Shown here one piece after another: positions 9,719 through 18,266 of a stretch of DNA of 64,000 bases (position 1 is its first letter; each line of letters begins with the position of its first letter). The notes under the pieces are model-generated. The model did not search any database, was not told where the DNA came from, and saw only the letters and a program-made list of their open reading frames with translations. The translations under genes were made by a program, and so were the position numbers. Origin of the DNA: Candidatus Gottesmanbacteria bacterium RIFCSPLOWO2_01_FULL_43_11b (lineage in GTDB: Bacteria; Patescibacteriota; Microgenomatia; UBA10105; UBA927); NCBI GenBank assembly GCA_001780985.1, contig MFJV01000001.1, positions 694,579-758,578 of the forward strand, in the 5' to 3' direction.

Positions 9719-10438
9719 ATGGCGAAACGAAAAGAACCAAGTAAGGAAAATGAGAATCGGGTAAGTCAAGTTGTGGAGGTGGTTGAAGAGTCCGATAAAT
9801 CCGAAGCATTGGAGACAATAAAAGAAGACGCTCAAGAAATAGAAGCTGTAGCAGAAGAGCTTGGAACGCAGAGTGCCCCTCCCATGGAAGAAGAAAAAGA
9901 AAAACAGAAAGAAGTTGTAGAAGAACTTTTTCAAAAAGAGCCACCGACTATTGCTCCTGATTTTACGGAAAATAAACGGGGCTCATCGAGGAAATTTCTG
10001 GTGTGGGCTGCAATAGTTATTAGCGTTGCGCTTTTGGTAGGAGGCGGTCTCATAGCAATTACCGGGGGATCATTGAGTGTTCCCTTTGTTGGTGAACCTA
10101 CACCAACCCCAACACCTGCTTCAACACCAACACCAACTCCTGCACTTAATCTTAACCGTGAAGAACTCAACATAGAAGTCTTAAATGGCGGGGGAACTCC
10201 TGGGGCAGCTTCCAAAATGAAAGCGTTTTTGGAAGAAAAAGGGTATACAGTTACCGATGTTGGTAACACCGAAGAATATACGTATGAGCAAACAGAAATT
10301 TACGTAAAAACTGAAAAGCAAGAATACTTAGCTTTACTTGAAGATGATCTCAAAAGCGACTATAACATCGGGACAACCGGTGCAACTTTGAGCGAGGATT
10401 CCTCTGCAGATGCTCAGGTCATCGTTGGCAAGGAGTAG
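9719..10438 (+). CDS. LytR_C (LytR/CpsA/Psr C-terminal) domain protein with acidic N-terminus, TM helix and PT-rich linker
   Basis: An acidic N-terminus, a TM segment (FLVWAAIVISVALLVGGGLIAI), a PTPTPTPASTPTPTP linker, then the LytR_C-like LNIEVLNGGGTPGAASKMKAFLEEKGY... Confidence 0.65.
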   Translation: MAKRKEPSKENENRVSQVVEVVEESDKSEALETIKEDAQEIEAVAEELGTQSAPPMEEEKEKQKEVVEELFQKEPPTIAPDFTENKRGSSRKFLVWAAIVISVALLVGGGLIAITGGSLSVPFVGEPTPTPTPASTPTPTPALNLNREELNIEVLNGGGTPGAASKMKAFLEEKGYTVTDVGNTEEYTYEQTEIYVKTEKQEYLALLEDDLKSDYNIGTTGATLSEDSSADAQVIVGKE

Positions 10439-10443
10439 ATATA

Positions 10444-11190
10444 GTGTATAAGGCAATCATTCTCGACCTCGATGGTACAGTGGTTCCCCAAGGAAGCGAA
10501 AATCCTCCGAGCGAACGGGTGACGCAGGCAATTTCAGCGGCCAAAGATATCATCCATGTCTGTATTGCTACGGGAAGACCGTTGTTTGCGAGTAAATACA
10601 TTCTTGACCACCTCCAATTGTCAGGACCCTGCATTTTTAATAACGGAGTGCAAGTATATGATCCGGAAAAAAATGAAATAGTGAAAGAATTTCCGCTACC
10701 TCAGAAAGCACTTCCAAACATCATGCACATTTTTAAGAGTCACAAACAGGAAATACTTTTTTTTGACGGAACGAGCGATGTTGAACATACACTCAAGGAA
10801 TTACCCGACACAGTATTTAGTGTTTATTTAAACAAAGCACCAGAAATGTTAGTAGATATTATTGTAGGAGAGCTGCGGAAAATTCCAAACATAGAAGCGC
10901 ATAAGATGTTTTCATGGGAGGATAAAAACTATTTTTCCATCGAAGTAACCAGCGATCAGGCGACGAAACTTCACGGAATTGTTGAGATAACAAAAATACT
11001 TAAGATTACAAAGGAAGAAATTATCGGGGTCGGGGATAGCTATAATGACTTCCCGCTTCTCATGGCTTCAGGCCTTAAAATTGCGATGGGTAATGCCGTC
11101 CCGGAACTTAAGGAAATTGCCGATTTTATCGCCCCTTCAGTTGACGAAGACGGTGTTGCAACAATTATTGAAAAATTTGTTTTGACATGA
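10444..11190 (+). CDS. HAD family hydrolase (Cof-like, HAD-IIB)
   Basis: Motif I is ILDLDGTVV. The C-terminus has GDSYNDFPLLMASGLKIAMGNA. Confidence 0.8.
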   Translation: MYKAIILDLDGTVVPQGSENPPSERVTQAISAAKDIIHVCIATGRPLFASKYILDHLQLSGPCIFNNGVQVYDPEKNEIVKEFPLPQKALPNIMHIFKSHKQEILFFDGTSDVEHTLKELPDTVFSVYLNKAPEMLVDIIVGELRKIPNIEAHKMFSWEDKNYFSIEVTSDQATKLHGIVEITKILKITKEEIIGVGDSYNDFPLLMASGLKIAMGNAVPELKEIADFIAPSVDEDGVATIIEKFVLT

Positions 11191-11930
11191 AAATACTTGT
11201 CATCTGCGGACCGACAGCCACAGGCAAGACTACCCTTGCGGCATCTTTAGCCAAAAAACTGAATGGGGAGCTTATCTCTGCTGATTCGCGTCAGGTATAC
11301 CGCGGCAGAGACCTTGAAACGAATAAAGAGCGGCCTGCCTCGCCGGCAGGCGGGCCGGACGTTCCTATTTGGTTGTATGATGTGGTAGAGCCCGGCGAGG
11401 AATTTAGCGTCAGCCACTGGGTAAAACTCGCTCGGAGCGCAATTTCCGACATACAAAAACGGGGGAAATTGCCAATTGTTGTTGGCGGAACAGGATTATA
11501 TATTAAAGCACTACTTCGCCCGTTTGAAACAATCAACATTCCACCGGACAAGGAACTTCGTGAAAAAAAATTGAGTGTTAAAGAACTCCAAAAGATGATT
11601 CCAAGGGGGGATATGAACTGGTCAGACTGGAATAATCCACGTCGTTTAATACGGAGAATTGAAACATCGAAGCACAAAGGGCTACGAGGAGACTCCTTGA
11701 AGGCTCTCATAATTGGACTCACTGCGCCGCTGCCGGTTTTATACAAGCGAATTGACGAAGGGTTAGAAAGACGGCTCAGATCGGGTATGAGAGTGACGGG
11801 CGTGAACGAGCGCGCAATAGCAAGAAGACAGCTCGTGTGGTTCAAAAAACAAAAAAACATCCATTGGTTTGATATTTCACAAAAAGGATTTGAGGATGAT
11901 ATACTTAGGCTAATTCATGAACAAGATTGA
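11187..11930 (+). CDS. miaA: tRNA dimethylallyltransferase
   Basis: The P-loop GPTATGKTT, then ISADSRQVYRGRDLETNK and VVGGTGLYIKALL. Confidence 0.9.
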   Translation: MKILVICGPTATGKTTLAASLAKKLNGELISADSRQVYRGRDLETNKERPASPAGGPDVPIWLYDVVEPGEEFSVSHWVKLARSAISDIQKRGKLPIVVGGTGLYIKALLRPFETINIPPDKELREKKLSVKELQKMIPRGDMNWSDWNNPRRLIRRIETSKHKGLRGDSLKALIIGLTAPLPVLYKRIDEGLERRLRSGMRVTGVNERAIARRQLVWFKKQKNIHWFDISQKGFEDDILRLIHEQD

Positions 11931-12885
11931 AATATCCTATCGGACTATTATTTTTGCCGTTGCATTTGTTGCAGGGCTGTGGGTTCTTCTCCAAATCCGT
12001 GACATTCTCTTTCTGCTTTTTATTTCCTTTATCCTCATGACCGCCATTCGGCCACTGGTAACCCTTCTTGAAAAAGTTCGTATACCGCGTATTATAAGCA
12101 TTCTTTTTGTATACCTTATTGTTTTTGGATTGTTCGGTTTTTCCCTGGCTGGTACAATCCCTCTTCTGGTTACCCAATCAACCCGACTCATTACCGACCT
12201 TCCGAAGTTTGCCGCTGATGTGATGCCGTACTGGAATATAGATGTGACAACACTTACACGCCAAATAGCTCCTATAAGTGAAAATATTGTCAAAGTTACC
12301 GTGGGAGTATTTTCGAATCTTATAACGACACTGGCTGTGCTTGTATTTACCTTTTATTTTCTTTTGGAACGGCCGAGAGCCTCTCAAACCCTTACATCCC
12401 TTGTGGGAGAATCTATGGCGAATAAAACTCTCAATATTTTACGCCTCATTGAAAAACGATTAGGGGGATGGGTGAGAGGAGAATTGCTTCTCATGTTATC
12501 AATCGGGATTGCTTCCTACATCGGATTGACCATTCTCCATGTGGATTTTGCATTACCTCTGGCAATTATTGCAGGAGTATTAGAAATTGTTCCGACCATA
12601 GGTCCAATTGTCTCTGCGATACCTGCAATTCTTGTCGCTCTTGCAACATCTCCTTTTTTGGCTGTCTCTGTTGTTGCGCTATATTTCATCATTCAGCAGG
12701 TTGAAAATAACGTTCTTGTTCCGCTCGTTATGAAAAAAAGTATTGGATTTTCCCCGCTTGTTACGCTTCTATCTGTGATGATAGGAGCAAGATTTGCAGG
12801 AATTGTAGGTGCAATATTGGCAGTACCGTTTGTTTTGGTTCTTCAGGTAATAATAACAGAGGTATTTTTCCAGCCTTCCAAGTAG
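11917..12885 (+). CDS. AI-2E family transporter (PerM/UPF0118)
   Basis: Eight TM segments and the characteristic topology (IPRIISILFVYLIVFGLF...PTIGPIVSAIPAILVALA). Confidence 0.8.
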   Translation: MNKIEISYRTIIFAVAFVAGLWVLLQIRDILFLLFISFILMTAIRPLVTLLEKVRIPRIISILFVYLIVFGLFGFSLAGTIPLLVTQSTRLITDLPKFAADVMPYWNIDVTTLTRQIAPISENIVKVTVGVFSNLITTLAVLVFTFYFLLERPRASQTLTSLVGESMANKTLNILRLIEKRLGGWVRGELLLMLSIGIASYIGLTILHVDFALPLAIIAGVLEIVPTIGPIVSAIPAILVALATSPFLAVSVVALYFIIQQVENNVLVPLVMKKSIGFSPLVTLLSVMIGARFAGIVGAILAVPFVLVLQVIITEVFFQPSK

Positions 12886-13236
12886 CACCTTGGAATCTCG
12901 TAAGCCAGATTCTGTTTTTAGACTCTCATTTCTCTCATGCCCGCAATCTTCGGTCCTTCGGAATGCGTCGTATAACGGACCAGTCGTCGGTTGCAGCGGG
13001 TGGGATTGTCTCGTTTCACATTAAAGATCTTAGCCGTCGGGCTTATAGATCTCTGATCGTCTCTGTGACTCTCTCGGCCTGTTAATTCAAGCGTCGTCCC
13101 TTCAGTCTTTCGACCTCAGGGCACCTGACGTTACCGCATCCCGCTTGCGCGGGATCCCCTGCATTCTGCTGTCTGGACTTTCCTCCCCCTCTTTCTACGT
13201 AGAAGGAGGGGGCGAGAGTTCGGATTCCAAGGTGCA
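12885..13236 (-). ncRNA. rnpB: RNase P RNA, bacterial type A
   Basis: The minus-strand RNA starts GCACCUUGGAAUC (P1 5' strand). It has a P3 hairpin CCCCCUCCUUCUACGUAGAAAGAGGGGG and the CR-I motif AGGAAAGUCCAGAC. CCCGCGCAAGCGGGAU matches the E. coli P5.1 to P7 region. It ends ACAGAAUCUGGCUUACGAGAUUCCAAGGUGC (P4 3' strand plus P1). An extended -10 TGGTATAAT (13244-13252) lies 7 nt upstream. The ORF track has no gene here. Confidence 0.88.
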
Positions 13237-13255
13237 ACTGTGTATTATACCATAA

Positions 13256-13279
13256 CCCCGCCCTTCGCGAAGGGCGGGG
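13256..13279. terminator. perfect 24-nt GC-rich palindrome CCCCGCCCTTCGCGAAGGGCGGGG (bidirectional terminator candidate)
   Basis: Read directly. It lies between the tiny zinc-ribbon gene and the rnpB promoter, and is flanked by AA and TTTG. Confidence 0.5.
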
Positions 13280-13308
13280 TTTGATAAAACGTTTTACCAG
13301 AAAAACGA

Positions 13309-13449
13309 TTAGCCACCGATCTTAAACATTCCAGTTCCACAGACAGGACATTTTCCTTTGAGTGCTGGTTTGCCGTTCTTCATCGTGATTTTTGTGGCAT
13401 TCGGATCTTCTCTCTTTGTTCGACACTTAACGCAATAAAACGTTGCCAT
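13309..13449 (-). CDS. small C4 zinc-ribbon protein, 46 aa (below the ORF-track cutoff)
   Basis: MATFYCVKCRTKREDPNATKITMKNGKPALKGKCPVCGTGMFKIGG has CxxC...CxxC. A strong SD AGGAGGTG lies 8 nt upstream. It resembles the short DUF5679-type zinc-ribbon proteins, though my family assignment is uncertain. Confidence 0.6.
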   Translation of the reverse strand: MATFYCVKCRTKREDPNATKITMKNGKPALKGKCPVCGTGMFKIGG

Positions 13450-13459
13450 AGTAGGTAAT

Positions 13460-13654
13460 TCACCTCCTCTCAAGAATTGTTAGGACAAGCTCAATACCTA
13501 TTGCGATGATACTCAACAAAAGTGTTTTTCGTATATCACGCCGAATATAGGAAAGGTCTTCATGGAGCACTACGCTCGTGGATGCGATGGGAAGGGTATA
13601 AGGGATTCTTCGTTCTTGTGCCAATAATTTTTCTCTTTTGGTCTTTGCTGGCAT
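13460..13654 (-). CDS. hypothetical small tail-anchored membrane protein (64 aa)
   Basis: MPAKTKREKLLAQERRIPYTLP...TLLLSIIAIGIELVLTIL has a basic N-terminus and a C-terminal TM. A GAGG SD lies 6 nt upstream of the Met at 13652-13654. It has no recognisable family and may be non-coding. Confidence 0.3.
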   Translation of the reverse strand: MPAKTKREKLLAQERRIPYTLPIASTSVVLHEDLSYIRRDIRKTLLLSIIAIGIELVLTILERR

Positions 13655-13699
13655 AGCTAGCCTCAATGTGGGCTCAAGCGTAGCACAGGCTCGAGAGTG

Positions 13700-13738
13700 T
13701 TGTCAACCCTGCCTGCCGGCAGGCAGGCTCATTGACAA
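13700..13738. promoter_or_regulatory. 39-nt imperfect palindrome TTGTCAAC-CCTGCCTGCCGGCAGGCAGG-CTCA-TTGACAA, with TTGACA(18 nt)TAAGAT facing the DUF4446 gene
   Basis: The perfect 20-nt core palindrome is at 13708-13727. The outer arms are TTGTCAA (13700-13706) and TTGACAA (13732-13738). A -10-like TAAGAT sits at 13756-13761. Confidence 0.4.
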
Positions 13739-13772
13739 GTATTTGCAAGTGATCGTAAGATGGATTGTACCA

Positions 13773-14243
13773 ATGGATGTCGGTGGAGGATTATTTTTTT
13801 GGGTCATTTTTGTTTTCATCAGCGTCTGGATACTAATACTATCAGTAGTTTTGTTTCGCACGCTCGGGCATTATAACCGGTTATCTCATGGGGTTACCAA
13901 AAACGGACTCAAAGAAGTTCTTGAAGCGATTCTCGGGTCACAGTATAAACAAGCGAAAAAGATTAATGAATTAGAAGAGGTAGTACGGCAGGTAACAAGC
14001 GACGGGAAAAGACACATTGCCAAGATTGGCGTTGTTCGTTTTAATCCCTTTGCAGATACAGGAGGAAGTCAAAGCTTTACGTTGGCGATTCTGGATAGTT
14101 TTGATAATGGGGTGATCATGACATCGCTTTTTGCACGGAATGGAAATCGGTGGTATGTGAAAGAAATTAGAAACGGGAAAGGTAAAGATTTTGAACTTTC
14201 AAAAGAAGAAGAAAGAGCAATTAAAATTGCGCAACCATTATGA
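13773..14243 (+). CDS. DUF4446-like membrane-anchored protein
   Basis: An N-terminal TM (LFFWVIFVFISVWILILSVVLF), then HYNRLSHGVTKNGLKEVLEAI...IAKIGVVRFNPFADTGGSQSFTLAILDSFDNGVIMTSLFARNGNRWYVKEI. I trimmed the start to Met 13773 to exclude the palindrome region. The family call is from memory. Confidence 0.55.
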   Translation: MDVGGGLFFWVIFVFISVWILILSVVLFRTLGHYNRLSHGVTKNGLKEVLEAILGSQYKQAKKINELEEVVRQVTSDGKRHIAKIGVVRFNPFADTGGSQSFTLAILDSFDNGVIMTSLFARNGNRWYVKEIRNGKGKDFELSKEEERAIKIAQPL

Positions 14244-15400
14244 ATAAAGAGCATTTTGTGACAGAGGGTATTATTGGGCTCGCGATTTATCTTATCGTGA
14301 CAGGTCTCTCGTACGCCGGATTTAGCTTTTTCGGTGGGGGAAGAGGAGGCGCATCTCCACTTCCAACAGATCAGGAGCATTTTGTGGTTGATCCGACAGC
14401 ACCCAAGACAGAAAGTTGTCCCATTAACGGCAAAATGTTTAGCAAAGCCGAACGGGATATGTGGGAAAAACGACGTCCCCTTGCTGTCATGATAGAAAAC
14501 CATGCGGAAAGTCGTCCCCAGTCAGGATTATCATCGGCAGATGTTGTTTACGAGGCTGTTGCCGAGGGGGGAATTGCCCGATTTATGGGTATTTTCTACT
14601 GCGGCATTGCCCAAAGTACAAGCCTTGCACCAGTTCGAAGCGCGCGAAGTCACTTTTTACCATGGGTTTTAGAATACGACGCTTTGTATAACCATGTGGG
14701 CGGAGCAGGTCGCTGCAATGACGACACGGTTGACGAGCGCGCAAAAGCTTTATGTCAGATTGACGAGTATAGCATCAAAGATATGGATCAGTTCGGCATT
14801 TCTTTCCCCACGTGTTATAGGAACTATGATCGACTTGACCATCCTGTTGCCACAGAGCACACGATGGTATGCGTTACTGATAAGCTCTATAAATTGGCGG
14901 CTCAGCGAGGATGGACAAATGTTGATGCAAAAGGAATATCGTGGGACAAGAGTTACACCGCATGGAAATTTAAGGACGACGCCAAAGAGTCTGACCGCGG
15001 CGCATCATTTTCAGCTTCCTTTGTCGCGTGGGAGGGGTATGAAAAAGAGTATGGCGTTCGATGGGATTATGATAGAACAACCAATACCTACAAACGATAC
15101 AACGGGGGACAGGCGCACATTGATTTGGAAACAAAACAGCAACTCATAGCCAGCGTCGTGATCGTCCAATTTGCAAAAGAAATCGGACCCCTTGATGTTC
15201 ACGCCCATATCCTCTATAACACTATTGGGACGGGAGAAGGATTGCTGTTCCAAGACGGGAAAACGACAAAAATTACCTGGAAGAAAGCAGATCGAAATAA
15301 AAGAACAGTGTTTTATGATGCTGCGGGAAAAGAAGTGACACTGACCCGCGGGCAAATATGGATTGAGCTCCTGCCCACTGGAACAGAAGTTCTGTACTAA
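14240..15400 (+). CDS. DUF3048 (YerB-like) extracytoplasmic protein
   Basis: An N-terminal TM, then RPLAVMIENHAESRPQSGLSSADVVYEAVAEGGIARFMGIF, which resembles the YerB/DUF3048 core. It overlaps the previous gene as ATGA. Confidence 0.7.
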   Translation: MNKEHFVTEGIIGLAIYLIVTGLSYAGFSFFGGGRGGASPLPTDQEHFVVDPTAPKTESCPINGKMFSKAERDMWEKRRPLAVMIENHAESRPQSGLSSADVVYEAVAEGGIARFMGIFYCGIAQSTSLAPVRSARSHFLPWVLEYDALYNHVGGAGRCNDDTVDERAKALCQIDEYSIKDMDQFGISFPTCYRNYDRLDHPVATEHTMVCVTDKLYKLAAQRGWTNVDAKGISWDKSYTAWKFKDDAKESDRGASFSASFVAWEGYEKEYGVRWDYDRTTNTYKRYNGGQAHIDLETKQQLIASVVIVQFAKEIGPLDVHAHILYNTIGTGEGLLFQDGKTTKITWKKADRNKRTVFYDAAGKEVTLTRGQIWIELLPTGTEVLY

Positions 15401-15447
15401 CTGCATCTGTTCGTGGTATTATCCCTGCACCGGAAAGGAAAACTTCT

Positions 15448-16035
15448 ATGTTTGTTGAAGACCTCATTATTTCACGGGTGAGGGTGAAAATGTTAACCCT
15501 TTTTCTCACGCATCCTGGCACTATTTTCCATGTTCGGGATATCGTTCGGAAGGTAGACGAAGAAATAAATGCAGTCCGTCGTGAATTATCCCACATGGAA
15601 AAAAGCGGGATGGTGACGAAAGAGCAGCGAGCAAATAGACTCTTTTATTTGTTTAAGAAAGACTACCCGCTTTATTTTGAGCTGATGACTATTATTGCCA
15701 AAACATCCGGGCTTGGTCTCGATATTCTCAAACACAAACCAAAACTCGGTAAGATAAAATTTGTCATGCTTTCAGGTCGGTATGTACGACACGTTGCCAA
15801 GAAATCGGGAACCGATGTAGATCTTCTTGTTGTTGGTAACATCGTATTACCGGAACTATCTCAATTAGTCAAAACTGAAGAAGTACGTCGCGAGCAAGAG
15901 CTCAATTACACAGTCATGAGTGAGGAAGAGTTTGCATTCCGTAAAAGGAGACGAGATCCGTTTGTTCTTTCTATTCTCGAAGGCTCACGAGTCATGATTA
16001 TTGGTGATGAAGAAGACCTCGTAAGCTCGCCATGA
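15448..16035 (+). CDS. winged-helix DNA-binding domain fused to minimal nucleotidyltransferase-like domain
   Basis: A wHTH-like N-terminus (FHVRDIVRKVDEEINAVRRELSHMEKSGMV). The C-terminus is hG[GS]...DhD: FVMLSGRYVRHVAKKSGTDVDLLVVGN. Confidence 0.55.
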   Translation: MFVEDLIISRVRVKMLTLFLTHPGTIFHVRDIVRKVDEEINAVRRELSHMEKSGMVTKEQRANRLFYLFKKDYPLYFELMTIIAKTSGLGLDILKHKPKLGKIKFVMLSGRYVRHVAKKSGTDVDLLVVGNIVLPELSQLVKTEEVRREQELNYTVMSEEEFAFRKRRRDPFVLSILEGSRVMIIGDEEDLVSSP

Positions 16036-16229
16036 CGCAGAAAGTTTTACGTACGGGCAACAGCATCGCTGTAGTCATTCCATCAAAATTTGCCCGTGAT
16101 GTTGCAATTAAACCCGGCGATCCTGTTCATGTTTCCTCAGACAGAAAGAGGGGGAAAATCACCTACACATTTGCTAATGTAACGCAGTTATCCCTCTTGA
16201 ATTCCCCAAGCCGTAAGCTACAATATTGA
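16032..16229 (+). CDS. AbrB/MazE/SpoVT-type (looped-hinge helix) DNA-binding protein
   Basis: VLRTGNSIAVVIPSKFARDVAIKPGDPVHV is the swapped-hairpin motif. It overlaps the upstream gene as ATGA. Confidence 0.6.
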   Translation: MTQKVLRTGNSIAVVIPSKFARDVAIKPGDPVHVSSDRKRGKITYTFANVTQLSLLNSPSRKLQY

Positions 16230-16233
16230 GATT

Positions 16234-17496
16234 ATGAGGCGTCCTCTCATTTTGTTTTATCTCCTTATAGCCTTGATGTCCTTCTTAATTTTTGTCAATC
16301 TGACACCGAAATTAAAAACACACTTAGGGCTGGATTTATCAGGAGGGATCCAGGTGACACTTGAGGCTGATATGAAGGATATTGTGTCCTCTGATAGATC
16401 TTCCGCGCTTGAATCTGCAAAAGAGGTTATTGAACGCAGAGTAAATCTCTTTGGGGTGTCTGAACCGGTCGTAGTCTCTGCACGAAGTGAAGACCATTAT
16501 CGGATAATCGTTGAACTTCCGGGAGTTTCTGATGTCGACCGTGCAACTTCACTTATTGGACAAACAGCGAAACTAGAATTTCGAGAATTCATTATAATTC
16601 AAGATGCTACTGAAAGCGCATTGCTTATCCCAACACTTGGAAATACCAAGTCTGTGGATTTGAACGGGGGAGACTTGCGTCGAAGCAGGGTTGATTTTAG
16701 TCCTGAAACAGGAGAGCCGGTCGTTGCTATAGAATTTACACCCGAAGGAACGAAGAAGTTTGCCGATATTACAACACGACTTGTCGGAGAACGACTCGCT
16801 ATTTTCCTTGATGATGTCCCGATTACCTGGCCAACAGTTCAAACACCAATTACAGAAGGGTCAGGAGTAATTACAGGAAATTTTACCCGTGACCAAGCCC
16901 GAACCCTTTCTTTGCACCTAAATGCCGGTGCCCTTCCCGTACCGGTTTCCATTGTCGAAAAAAGAACGATCGGAGCAACGCTTGGCAAGGAGTCGGTGGA
17001 AAAAAGTATTTGGGCAGGAGGAGTGGGACTTATTCTTGTTGCCGGATTTATGATTGCTCAATACGGGTGGTTGGGAGTACTTGCTGACAGCGCTCTTATT
17101 ATGTACGGACTTATTTCCCTCGCGCTTTTTCGTGTGATTCCGATAACTCTTACGATGCCGGGAATTGCAGGATTTATTCTTTCTATAGGAATGGCCGTCG
17201 ATAGCAACATTTTGATATTTGAAAGGTATCGCGAAGAGAAGAGGAAAGGGAAACCATGGCATATTGCCATAGAAGTAGCGTTTGGTAAGGCATGGGATAG
17301 CATACGCGATGCAAATTTTACGACACTCATTACCTGTCTTATTCTTTTTAATCCGGGAAGCTGGCAATTTTTGCCGACTTCGGGTTTAGTCCGAGGTTTT
17401 GCCGTAACACTCTTTATTGGAGTACTCGTCAGCTTGTTTACAGGTATTGTCGTCACGCGAACGTTTATCCGCGTTTTATATAGAGAAAAGACATGA
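16234..17496 (+). CDS. secD: protein translocase subunit SecD
   Basis: An N-terminal TM, a periplasmic domain (GLDLSGGIQVTLEAD) and a C-terminal 6-TM SecD/SecF core. Confidence 0.9.
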   Translation: MRRPLILFYLLIALMSFLIFVNLTPKLKTHLGLDLSGGIQVTLEADMKDIVSSDRSSALESAKEVIERRVNLFGVSEPVVVSARSEDHYRIIVELPGVSDVDRATSLIGQTAKLEFREFIIIQDATESALLIPTLGNTKSVDLNGGDLRRSRVDFSPETGEPVVAIEFTPEGTKKFADITTRLVGERLAIFLDDVPITWPTVQTPITEGSGVITGNFTRDQARTLSLHLNAGALPVPVSIVEKRTIGATLGKESVEKSIWAGGVGLILVAGFMIAQYGWLGVLADSALIMYGLISLALFRVIPITLTMPGIAGFILSIGMAVDSNILIFERYREEKRKGKPWHIAIEVAFGKAWDSIRDANFTTLITCLILFNPGSWQFLPTSGLVRGFAVTLFIGVLVSLFTGIVVTRTFIRVLYREKT

Positions 17497-18266
17497 TTCG
17501 ATTTAGTAAATATATTTGGCTTTACTTTTTACTTTCGGCACTTATTTTAGTGCCGGGGATCTTTTCGCTTGTACGATTTGGTCTACGACCGGCTGTTGAT
17601 TTTACCGGTGGAACTCTTATTGAAATACGTAAGGATGATAAAATTTCTACCCTTCGACTTAAACATGGTGAAGATCAAAACATAGATTTAAACGGTGCAG
17701 AGGTTTTACGAAGTGAAACAGTGGGTCCGATTTTAGGCAAAGAGTTGCTCCGCAAAGCAGCAGTTGCTTCGGTCTTGGCTGTTGTTGCAATTCTTCTCTA
17801 CGTGGCTTTGGCATTCAAAAATTTCAAATTTGGTATCTGCGCAGTGGTGGCGCTTGCTCATGACCTTCTTGTCGTTATTGGCTTGTTTTCGCTGTTTGGG
17901 CGGTTTTGGGGTGTGGAAGTGGATACACTTTTTGTGACTGCGGTTTTGACGACCATGAGTTTCTCGGTCCACGATACGATAGTCATATTCGATCGAATAC
18001 GTGAGTATAGAAAAAGAGGGGAGCGACAAACTTTTTCTGATATATCAGACAGAGCCCTTACGGAGACAATGAACAGATCTCTCACTAACTCGATGACAAT
18101 TATTTTTATGCTTCTTGCCCTCATTCTTTTAGGAGGAAGCACTATTCGATGGTTTATCGTGGCACTTTTAATCGGTACAGTCTCAGGTACATATTCCTCA
18201 CCTTTCGTTGCCACCCCGCTCCTTATTCTTTGGGAACGGTTAGAGATGAAACGCCGACAAGTTTAA
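17493..18266 (+). CDS. secF: protein translocase subunit SecF (short form)
   Basis: DFTGGTLIEI, then the conserved SecF TM core. It overlaps secD as ATGA. Confidence 0.85.
   Translation: MIRFSKYIWLYFLLSALILVPGIFSLVRFGLRPAVDFTGGTLIEIRKDDKISTLRLKHGEDQNIDLNGAEVLRSETVGPILGKELLRKAAVASVLAVVAILLYVALAFKNFKFGICAVVALAHDLLVVIGLFSLFGRFWGVEVDTLFVTAVLTTMSFSVHDTIVIFDRIREYRKRGERQTFSDISDRALTETMNRSLTNSMTIIFMLLALILLGGSTIRWFIVALLIGTVSGTYSSPFVATPLLILWERLEMKRRQV

Noticed and set aside
9931-10269. Antisense ORF (GVGVGVEAGVGVGVG) opposite the LytR_C gene
   Set aside because: It is the mirror image of the PTPTPT linker codons. The protein is low-complexity, with no RBS.
12468-12704. Cysteine-rich 78-aa ORF inside the AI-2E transporter gene (alternative frame)
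   Set aside because: It is fully embedded in a well-supported membrane-protein gene. The Cys richness comes from the TGC/TGT codon skew in the off-frame. There is no RBS.
13638-13772. N-terminal 45 codons of ORF 13638..14243 (TTG start) covering the 39-nt palindrome
   Set aside because: This Cys/Pro-rich translation (ECCQPCLPAGRL) is what the palindrome encodes by chance. The DUF4446-like similarity begins at Met 13773.
14461-14691. Cysteine-rich 76-aa ORF (CCHDRKPCGK...CCRGGNC) inside the DUF3048-like gene
   Set aside because: It is an off-frame artefact within a conserved gene and has no independent start signals.
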